A stretch of 23,790 bases of DNA from positions 1-23,790 of the forward strand of contig JAQTNI010000018.1 of NCBI GenBank assembly GCA_028713935.1. The letters are read 5' to 3'. How positions within the stretch are numbered: the first letter of the stretch is position 1; every line of letters begins with the position of its first letter. The notes under the pieces were generated by a model. It was not told the origin of the DNA, searched no databases, and saw only the letters and a list, made by a program, of their open reading frames with translations. Shown here in pieces: positions 9,101 to 15,146 of the stretch. The position numbers were made by a program, and so were the translations under genes. The stretch is from Candidatus Iainarchaeum sp. GTDB lineage: Archaea > Iainarchaeota > Iainarchaeia > Iainarchaeales > GCA-2688035.

Positions 9101-10284
9101 AATTAGCCTCTTATGAAAGCAGCAGGCAAAGCACAATGGAACAATTTTTTCCCCTTAAAAGCAAAATAGAGGAACAAATTTCTTTGCTTGAATCAAACTC
9201 CCTGTTAATGCAAAAAGCAGGGGTTTCAGAAAAACAGCTCGCAGGAGCAATTGCAAGCGCAAAAAGCCTTGCACTGCAGGCAGAGTCGCTTTTTAATTCC
9301 GGCTCTTTTGAAGAAGCCCTGAAAACTCTTTTCAAGGCAAACTCATCCTTGCAGGAAGCTGATTTGCAGGCTTTTTCAAAAAAACTTCTCTCTCAGAAAG
9401 CAAAGCTTCTTGAAAAGCCAAACAATTTCTGGGCACAGCTTGTTTCATTAAAAGAAACGGAAAAATTTGCCAGTGACCACGATTCATTGCTTTCAAGCGA
9501 TTCAGAAATTGAAAACAGCATTGCAACAGGAGATTTCAACAAGGCTGTTTTTTTGCTTGACTCACTTGAAAAAAAATCAGGCGCATTTGCCTCAAAAACA
9601 GAGTCTTTTCTTTCTGAAAAAGCCAAGGCAGTTTCAGAAAGGCTGGATTTTTTTACAAAAGCCATTTCAAAAACAATTCCCGAAAAAATCTCTTCTTTGC
9701 GTTCTCTCCTTGAAAGCGTTCCGGAAGAAACAGCCTCAAAGCTTGGTTATGTTGCCCCAATTTCAAAAGAAAGGCTCCAGAAGCTTGAACTCCAATTGAA
9801 TTCATTGCAGGGAACAAAGCTTTCAGAACAAGCCCTTTCTTTCAAAGAACTTGTTTCAGCCAAGCAATTTTCAGAAGCATTAAAAAAATTCTCGGAATTT
9901 GAAGCGGAATTTGAAAAAAAAGAAACAGAATTAAAATCCATGGAATCAGAGCTTGATTCCGCAATTTCCTCAATGAAAGAAGATGCTGCTTCTGCAATAA
10001 ACAAGGCTTCCGCATACTTAAGCTCTGGCCAATTCAATGCGGAAGCAATGGACTTGATTTCAAAATCAAAAACAAATTTTGAAAAAAAAGATTTTTTGAA
10101 GTCAATTGCATTTGCAAATGCGGCAACAGCAATGCTCGCAATGCCAAAAGCACAATTTGACATTCCGGTTTTTCTTTATCCAATCATAATCGGAATCTGC
10201 CTTGTTTTTATAGCAAGATACAAAAAGCGCCTTGCAAAAGAAAAAAAAGTTGAATTCAGGAAAATCCTGAGAAAACAGGAATAA
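6118..10284 (+). CDS. Giant envelope protein: lipobox signal peptide, long helical or coiled-coil regions, central beta-rich region, C-terminal TM anchor
   Basis: 1388-codon ORF with an ATG start. N-terminus MKKIPKYFFMALLLAVIFFLSGC, with the lipobox LSGC Cys at 6184-6186. C-terminus IPVFLYPIIIGICLVFIARYKKRLAKEKK (TM helix plus basic tail). The composition is dominated by S, L, E, K, F and A, with heptad-like stretches. aa about 700-950 look beta-rich. Confidence 0.85.
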   Translation: MKKIPKYFFMALLLAVIFFLSGCVSNELSDSERFLCSDLSSKSFAFVPECDSQEKCFEKAESELFNFDSSALPQNSKSMLFSLENNLASSWLFFGKAGKNIKAINSICSSGENLQGLASEINELNHNLANSFKFSDKASKFAFAILSEEGQNLDSEKIFLAKEEPLFSDFILLNNNLNDLQAQSLNSESFSGYYLVQMKSLEGLMQKTGFERDFVEEETPIDFFRQHESEIMGSEQSKRILKIPFISKTIDYFVSFLDGFLRINSASEALAKMPAFEYLQAYNNLAGTENSAIKKFSELLKFDSLHRLELLERNSMLEMQILEKINSASQKIDSLSAREFVSFDTNFFAELYSLLEGDSQLETQKFALQDFSGFREKALAELLPMQVSINELKQKSVLGTITIGERTEALKNLDLDVSSLIENLSFLESEAISGLEVLCEERTGKISDFLDEQEKGLFLQSESDLAARLRFRISEFKEAEDFDKKLFLCKSAIEEFNDLKLSVQDSKEYLLKQALSLDNCFESLEKIFSSRQPLIDLSDFQLRLEKIKRIEKPYSDLESVKRFCDLLQKDTINFLNYNSEIIALKKSFSHSKELLEKLVLVNERSGNFSSGISLSAFQSRLSGNAKYFSENSVIFEKALPVLPDLKESLFSLEESLEKELDKAIADFASKNSSIEYFFDSVPELNNDFNARIRITATNPFQATKKVSLKIPFSGFASRPALPENMVFSDGFLFIGLDSLPLGISFFEFQAMQSIPFEEETIVLSATEATVALEKKLVLKTTASLPRIKIETKLIDSKASPLDIFIACKNPVSAFSLQENKISFFIDKPIPNQQIEIYFSIPKGIDSSIALDSSKQADMNNFESTFSILIKNTLPIAIENASFSLSIPLSQEKITNFFVLDSAGEKAPSKINSGKLLFELKKIFPFETKKFLLALSYKDSTGFWLGFLEKTRQTAELLSSPEGKGLLAELSSFSETDLKNDSKISRLVSIAGEISKLASYESSRQSTMEQFFPLKSKIEEQISLLESNSLLMQKAGVSEKQLAGAIASAKSLALQAESLFNSGSFEEALKTLFKANSSLQEADLQAFSKKLLSQKAKLLEKPNNFWAQLVSLKETEKFASDHDSLLSSDSEIENSIATGDFNKAVFLLDSLEKKSGAFASKTESFLSEKAKAVSERLDFFTKAISKTIPEKISSLRSLLESVPEETASKLGYVAPISKERLQKLELQLNSLQGTKLSEQALSFKELVSAKQFSEALKKFSEFEAEFEKKETELKSMESELDSAISSMKEDAASAINKASAYLSSGQFNAEAMDLISKSKTNFEKKDFLKSIAFANAATAMLAMPKAQFDIPVFLYPIIIGICLVFIARYKKRLAKEKKVEFRKILRKQE

Positions 10285-10363
10285 AAAAATAAAATGGCAA
10301 CCCAAAATCAGAATTCGCAAAACAACAGAAATTATTATAATCTGATTCAAAGTCTTATTATTT

Positions 10364-10969
10364 ATGCAGCCAGGTCGAAAATTTTTTAGAAGAAAGACGC
10401 CTGAACAAAAACATGCTGAAGCCAGGTTAAAAGCCTGGCAAACCCCGGCAGATAAAAGTGTTCAAAAAATAGCCAAAGTGCTCAACAAACCTGCCTTTTT
10501 GCGCTCAAAAAGAGCTGAACTTGAAGCAAAACTAATCGGAAAAGCGGCAGTGGGTGAAAAAGTTGCAGAACAGGTAAAAAATCCAGCGATTCAAAAGGAA
10601 ATATTGTTTTTGGCCCAACAATTGTTTTTGCCAAGAGAAGAACTTAAAAAAATTCGGAGTGCAATTGCATCGGGAAAAATAAGAGGGCCTATGTGCTTGG
10701 CATTAGTGCAGGGGCACAGATTGTTTCAATTGGCCCAGCAAGAGCCTGAAATGGTAAGGCCTTTGGCACAGGCATTTTTCCGAAGAAAAGGGAACTCCAG
10801 TCAAACCCGTTCTATGCTGATTCACTTTATTGAGTATATCCTGAGAAACCCGGGAAATCCCCATGTTTTTGAAATAGAAGACCCTTTATATCCCGAACAA
10901 TGGGTTGTTGCACTAACTGCTCAAGGCCATTGGACAGCCAAGAGAAGAAGAAAAATAGGGGAAAATTAA
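10364..10969 (+). CDS. Hypothetical basic protein (201 aa), no recognisable domain
   Basis: Clean ATG-initiated ORF with no competing frame. Basic N- and C-termini (RKFFRRKTPEQKH..., AKRRRKIGEN). I recognise no motif. Confidence 0.55.
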   Translation: MQPGRKFFRRKTPEQKHAEARLKAWQTPADKSVQKIAKVLNKPAFLRSKRAELEAKLIGKAAVGEKVAEQVKNPAIQKEILFLAQQLFLPREELKKIRSAIASGKIRGPMCLALVQGHRLFQLAQQEPEMVRPLAQAFFRRKGNSSQTRSMLIHFIEYILRNPGNPHVFEIEDPLYPEQWVVALTAQGHWTAKRRRKIGEN

Positions 10970-10974
10970 CAAAA

Positions 10975-12219
10975 TCACTTGCTCTTCATTATGTAGACAT
11001 AGACTGCTATTCCGATTATTACGAGAATAATCACTGCAATTATTTCCAGGCCTATTCCGGGCTGTTCAAAAACAAGTTTTGAATTTTCGCATTTTGATTC
11101 TGCAAAATTAAAATCGGAATAAACAAGCTTGCAGCCAATGTCAAATGTCCCTGCCTGGCTAGCAGTTGCATCAAAACTCAATTGGATTGTTTCTCCAGGC
11201 GCAATTGTTTCAATTGTTTTTGTCTGGGTTCCCGTGATGCTTATTCCGGGAGGCGCAATTATTGATGCCTCAATGTTGTAAAGCCTGTCTTTTCCCCTGC
11301 TTGTCACATTAAGCACCAAAGGCACTGTCTGTCCAAGCTGGTTAATTTCTTTTTCTTTTTCAATAAAGGCATCAACTTTTTTTTCAGGCTCCCTTATTTT
11401 TATTGTTGCCTGGCCTGAAAAAATAACTTCTTGTTCTCCAAATTCGTTTGTATAATAAACAGCCGCAGGCGGCAGAGTAATGCTGCCAATCACTCTTGGC
11501 TTTATTACATAATCAATTTTTATGTCACTGCCTGGCTCAATTGTTCCCTGTGCATAGGCTTTTCCTTCAATAAAAACAAAGGCTTTTTTTTCCTCTGCAA
11601 TTGGCCTTGCATACTTTAATTCTATTTCTGCAGGGCCAGACCCTGCATTATGTAGATTTACTGTTACTTTTGTTGTGTCCCCTATTACCATTTCGCTTTT
11701 GTCTGCAGTTGTTGTAAAATAATCTGCTGTTTTAAACGGGTATTGCTTGCCAAATTGCGCTGTTTTATAGAGGCCGATTTTTGATGAATTTTTCAGGTTT
11801 ATTGAAGCAGTGCTGTTTGAGGCGTGCAGGCAAATATCAAGCCTGTTTGTCCCTTCCAAGAGATTTTCTTTTGGCAGCCATATCCTGCTCCAGCATTCAG
11901 TGCCATTGCACTTGAATTCAGTGGTTTTTTTTTCTGCAAGAGGCGCATTGTTTATGTTAACATCGATTTTTGCTGCTTCTGACGCAACAGGGGAAAAATC
12001 GGAATTCAGGGATAAAATCGGGTAATTCCCATTTGAAAATGCATTTTGGTCAGAAGGAAAACCGAAATCGACAAAAGTGCAGGCAGTGCTGCCAGGGCTG
12101 TCAACTGAAAAATTTTGATAGCCGAGTTCCTGAAAATTTTTTTCAAAAACAGTTTCTGCGCTGGCAAAGCCAGCAAAGAGCAATATCAGTAAGCATGCCA
12201 ATAGCAATTTAACCTTCAT
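10975..12219 (-). CDS. Secreted surface protein with CARDB/DUF11-like beta-sandwich repeats and a C-terminal TM anchor (S-layer-like)
   Basis: Trimmed from GTG 12225 to ATG 12219, giving MKVKLLLACLLILLFAGFASA/ETV (Sec signal). aggggtg Shine-Dalgarno site 3-9 nt upstream. Repeats of the TKVTVNLHNAGSGPAEIELKY and IAPGETIQLSFDATASQAGTF type. C-terminus QPGIGLEIIAVIILVIIGIAVYVYIMKSK. Confidence 0.82.
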   Translation of the reverse strand: MKVKLLLACLLILLFAGFASAETVFEKNFQELGYQNFSVDSPGSTACTFVDFGFPSDQNAFSNGNYPILSLNSDFSPVASEAAKIDVNINNAPLAEKKTTEFKCNGTECWSRIWLPKENLLEGTNRLDICLHASNSTASINLKNSSKIGLYKTAQFGKQYPFKTADYFTTTADKSEMVIGDTTKVTVNLHNAGSGPAEIELKYARPIAEEKKAFVFIEGKAYAQGTIEPGSDIKIDYVIKPRVIGSITLPPAAVYYTNEFGEQEVIFSGQATIKIREPEKKVDAFIEKEKEINQLGQTVPLVLNVTSRGKDRLYNIEASIIAPPGISITGTQTKTIETIAPGETIQLSFDATASQAGTFDIGCKLVYSDFNFAESKCENSKLVFEQPGIGLEIIAVIILVIIGIAVYVYIMKSK

Positions 12220-12256
12220 TTGCACCCCTTTCCTTGTACTTTATTAATTGCATAAA

Positions 12257-12757
12257 TTATTTAAGGATTCTGTTTAAGGCGGGGTTAATGATTTTCATTA
12301 TTCCTGAAATTGTTTCTTTTAATTGCCCGCTATTTTGTATTTCAAAAATTTTTTGTTTTGGATAATTACGCTGGGCATGCTTTTTGCAGTAATCGATTCC
12401 TTCGCACAAAACATTGTCCTGAATCTTGAATTCCGGATAGTGCCTTGCCCTCAGCCGTTCTTCCAGGATGGCAGGAGAAACCCGCAGTAAAATCACAATG
12501 TCTGAATTCAGTTTTGCTTCGCAAAGCAGGTGGCCTTCCAGAATAATGTTTTTTTCTTTTTTAAGGAATTTGTTCATTTCTTTTGCCATTTTTCCAAGCG
12601 GCACAATGAGCTCCTTAAGCCTTTTGTCAAATTTTCCTATTTTCCTTTTTTCGCAAAAAGCCCTTTCATTGATTGCCTTGCATTTCAATTCTTTTGCAAG
12701 CAACTGCGCAACAAGGCTTTTTCCTGTTCCAGGAGTTCCTGTAATTATTATCCTCAT
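12257..12757 (-). CDS. fap7: Fap7/adenylate kinase isoenzyme-6-like P-loop kinase
   Basis: MRIIITGTPGTGKS Walker A motif at the N-terminus. About 166 aa. GH...D.VI(L)LR..P..L..RL..R.Y lid/NMP pattern typical of archaeal Fap7/AK6. ATG start. Confidence 0.82.
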   Translation of the reverse strand: MRIIITGTPGTGKSLVAQLLAKELKCKAINERAFCEKRKIGKFDKRLKELIVPLGKMAKEMNKFLKKEKNIILEGHLLCEAKLNSDIVILLRVSPAILEERLRARHYPEFKIQDNVLCEGIDYCKKHAQRNYPKQKIFEIQNSGQLKETISGIMKIINPALNRILK

Positions 12758-12855
12758 TAAAAAAAATTAATTAGAACGAATTTTAAAGTGCATTGGCTTG
12801 TTTCAAAAGTTAGGGGCTTTTCCTATTTTGGAACTTGGCGTGAAGGGAATAGTGT

Positions 12856-12880
12856 AGGCTTGCATAGCAAGCCTTTTTTT
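12856..12880 (+). terminator. Perfect 8-bp hairpin followed by a T-run; orphan, with no upstream plus-strand gene
   Basis: aggcttgc(12856-63), loop ata, gcaagcct(12867-74), then tttttt(12875-80). Confidence 0.35.
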
Positions 12881-12923
12881 GATTAAACTTTTTTTCTAAA
12901 AAAGGTTAAAGGGGTGAAGGGGC

Positions 12924-13055
12924 CTTACTTCCCAAATTTCTTGCTAAAAGCAGGTGCGTTGTCGGAAAGTACAGTGCCCCCTTTGCTCAAAGTCTTGCCT
13001 AGCTCAGATGCCTTCTCCAAATTAAATCTGGAGCAGTCGTTGAAAACTGTAGGCA
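12924..13055 (-). CDS. 43-codon ORF: either a small protein or a remnant of a thioredoxin-fold (AhpC/TSA/Bcp-like) gene
   Basis: My own translation gives MPTVFNDCSRFNLEKASELGKTLSKGGTVLSDNAPAFSKKFGK*. It is the only plausible coding frame in the 575-bp gap. A TATA-like atttaaag lies about 30-38 nt upstream on the minus strand, and a T6 run (cctttaacctttttt) follows the stop. No properly spaced Shine-Dalgarno site. Confidence 0.3.
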
Positions 13056-13333
13056 TATCTGATCTCAGGCAATAGTATGATTAAACTCCTTTAAATACTT
13101 TTCGCTGAAAATAAGGCTTATTTTAACTCCTTTTAGTTATAATGGAAAAAATAATCCTTGATTTCAAAAAAAAAGCCAAAATTAGCCTTTTTTCTTATGT
13201 ATATGTGTGTTTTTTTTTGAAAATTTTTTTTTTAAAAAAAATCAAAAAAAACCCGTTATGTATTAAATGGTTTTTAGAAAACAATTTGTTAGAAAAAGAG
13301 AGAATTTGTTTCCTAAACTTGCAACCTTTTCTT

Positions 13334-14401
13334 TTATGGAATTGCCTCTGTAAATTCTGCAAGCGAATTATCCAGTTCTTGTTTTGAAATAATGCCCTCT
13401 TTGATTAATTCTTTTATCTCGGGAATTTTTTCTTTTAGCTTATTTGCGAGCATTTTGGTTGTGGAACAGTAGAATTGCATTTTTTTAGGGAACTCTTGCC
13501 ATGCCCTAAGGCATCGGCCTCCGCATATTTTCCTTATTTTGCATCCATTGCAAAAAATATTTTTGCCGCAGGCGCGCAGTTTTTCATGGTTTATTCCCTG
13601 CTGGACACTTCCAATGTGAAATTTTTCCCTGCCAATCAGGTCATCGCAGATAAAGCATTCTCCGCCTGTATCTATAGCAACTGTTTTTGAGCCGGCACCG
13701 CAACGGAAAGAGTGGTTTTCTTTTTCAAATAGCAGGGAGGAAACAATTGCCTGAAAAGGAATGATTTTTTTTACGATTCCCTCGTGCAGGTGATTAGTCC
13801 AGTAGCCAATCAGCAAATCAAGGTCATCTGAATAACTGGACAAGCAATCCTTTGGATTTGTTATTGTGCTTGGGCTGTTTTCAATTTGCCAGTGAACATT
13901 ATCAAACCAATTAACAACTCCGAGAACTGAAGAATAAATAGAATTGCCAGGGATATGGCAGAGCCTTGCAATTGTTTTTCCTTCAAACCTATTTTTAACC
14001 GCAAACATATTCTGGATTATTTTTTCAAAAGTTCCCGGTCCTCTAAATTTGTCATGTACCCTGTGCTCGCCATCAATGGAAATAAAAAGCGCGTCCAATT
14101 TTTTCAGCAAAAACGGATCGATATTATCCAGCATTGTGCCGTTTGTAAACGACAGGTATTCCAATTTGCCAAATTTTGTTTTTCTGATAACATCTTTTAT
14201 AAATTCTTGGTTTAGCAGGGGTTCTCCTCCGTAAAAAACAACGCCATTCTTTGGATGTTTTTCTTTTTTCATATCCTGCAAAACAAAGCCTGCAATTTCC
14301 TCTGCGCTGCATTGTTGCGTTTTGCCTGTCCTTATGGTTGAGTTTGAGCAAAAAGAGCAGTTTAGGTTGCAGGCATCTGTTGTGTATATCCAGTATTCCA
14401 C
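13334..14401 (-). CDS. Radical SAM / SPASM-domain maturase (anSME-like peptide or protein-modifying enzyme)
   Basis: CNLNCSFC (CX3CX2C) at residues 11-18. GGEPLL motif. C-terminal CGAGSKTVAIDTGGEC followed by CNGCKIRKICGGRC, an exact CX2CX5CX3C SPASM signature. The start codon is GTG (14399-14401), and this is forced because the next Met lies after the cluster motif. Confidence 0.9.
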   Translation of the reverse strand: MEYWIYTTDACNLNCSFCSNSTIRTGKTQQCSAEEIAGFVLQDMKKEKHPKNGVVFYGGEPLLNQEFIKDVIRKTKFGKLEYLSFTNGTMLDNIDPFLLKKLDALFISIDGEHRVHDKFRGPGTFEKIIQNMFAVKNRFEGKTIARLCHIPGNSIYSSVLGVVNWFDNVHWQIENSPSTITNPKDCLSSYSDDLDLLIGYWTNHLHEGIVKKIIPFQAIVSSLLFEKENHSFRCGAGSKTVAIDTGGECFICDDLIGREKFHIGSVQQGINHEKLRACGKNIFCNGCKIRKICGGRCLRAWQEFPKKMQFYCSTTKMLANKLKEKIPEIKELIKEGIISKQELDNSLAEFTEAIP

Positions 14402-14444
14402 TTGCTTTCACATATAAATTGCTGCATCTGCACTATATGAGTCC

Positions 14445-14506
14445 TTTTAATAAATTTTTAGCATAAAACGCATTCTTTTTTATTATTTTGCGCATTTTAA
14501 TAAATT
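14445..14506. promoter_or_regulatory. Divergent promoter region with a duplicated TATA-like 12-mer
   Basis: ttttaataaatt occurs at 14445-14456 and again at 14495-14506, the second copy abutting the Lrp ATG at 14507. It lies between the divergent radical SAM (minus) and Lrp/AsnC (plus) genes. Confidence 0.4.
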
Positions 14507-15046
14507 ATGAGTAAAAAAAGTTCTTTGCCTGAAAATGCAGGGGTTCCCAGAAACCTGGAGCTCAAATATGGCGAGAAAACCAAGCTGGATGATAAAGACA
14601 AGCAAATTTTGACAATTCTTGCGCAAAATGGAAGGGCTTCAACAGTGGAAATTGCCAAAGAGGTCGGATTATCAAGGGATGCTGTAAAATACAGAATTGA
14701 TAAAATGTTAAGAGAGGAAGTAATTCAGGGCTTTGTTGCTGTGATGAACCCCCCAAAAATGGGCTTGCCGTTTTATTCTTTCGTGCAAATTTCTTTGCTG
14801 AATCTTGGTCCTGAACGTGAAAAAAAACTAATTGGCTATATCAAGGCAGCCCCTTACATTGTTTATTCCACAAAAATCATTGGCAGGTTTGACATTTATC
14901 TGGAAGTTTTTGCAAAAGACCCTGGCCATTTGGATGAAATTGTGCGTGACATAAGAGAAAAATTTTCGGATATAATCAAAGACATTGAAGTTACCCTGAT
15001 TATAAAAGAATACAAGTGGACAGAATTTCCGGGAAAATTCGGCTAA
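14507..15046 (+). CDS. Lrp/AsnC family transcriptional regulator
   Basis: N-terminal wHTH: DKDKQILTILAQNGRASTVEIAKEVGLSRDAVKYRIDKMLREEVI. C-terminal RAM/AsnC_trans_reg-like domain: FVQISL...IGRFDIYLEVFAKD. An extra about 20-aa N-terminal tail is present. Confidence 0.9.
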   Translation: MSKKSSLPENAGVPRNLELKYGEKTKLDDKDKQILTILAQNGRASTVEIAKEVGLSRDAVKYRIDKMLREEVIQGFVAVMNPPKMGLPFYSFVQISLLNLGPEREKKLIGYIKAAPYIVYSTKIIGRFDIYLEVFAKDPGHLDEIVRDIREKFSDIIKDIEVTLIIKEYKWTEFPGKFG

Positions 15047-15098
15047 CTGCAGAATTAGTATTTTTTATAATCACCCCAAAGTATTCGACTGTTTTCCC

Positions 15099-15146
15099 AA
15101 GGCTTTTGAAAGCGAGCATCAGCGAGCACTTCAAAAGGCTTTTTTA
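15099..15146 (+). terminator. Hairpin plus T-run between the convergent Lrp/AsnC and aCPSF1 genes
   Basis: aaggcttttgaa(15099-15110) pairs with ttcaaaaggctt(15130-15141) at 11 of 12 positions. The loop carries a tandem octamer, agcgagca-tc-agcgagca. It is followed by tttt(t), which overlaps the aCPSF1 stop codon (15144-15146). Confidence 0.4.

Noticed and set aside
12996-13069. tRNA-like tagctcaga motif, and the imperfect inverted repeat gcctagctcagatgcc / ggcatatctgatctcaggc
   Set aside because: No acceptor stem, T-arm (GTTCRAAT-like) or anticodon arm can be drawn. The inverted repeat needs several bulges and lies within or around the 43-codon ORF, so I treat it as at most a weak secondary structure.
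13075-13116. C/D box sRNA: ATGATTA as the C box and CTGA as the D box, on the plus strand
   Set aside because: The C box has a mismatch, there are no C'/D' boxes, the total length of about 42 nt is too short, and there is no terminal stem.
13142-13387. 81-aa plus-strand ORF (MEKIILDFKKKAKISLF...)
   Set aside because: It is built from homopolymer A/T runs, giving a low-complexity F/K/L product, and it overlaps the 3' end of the radical SAM gene. It is more simply explained as terminator or spacer DNA.
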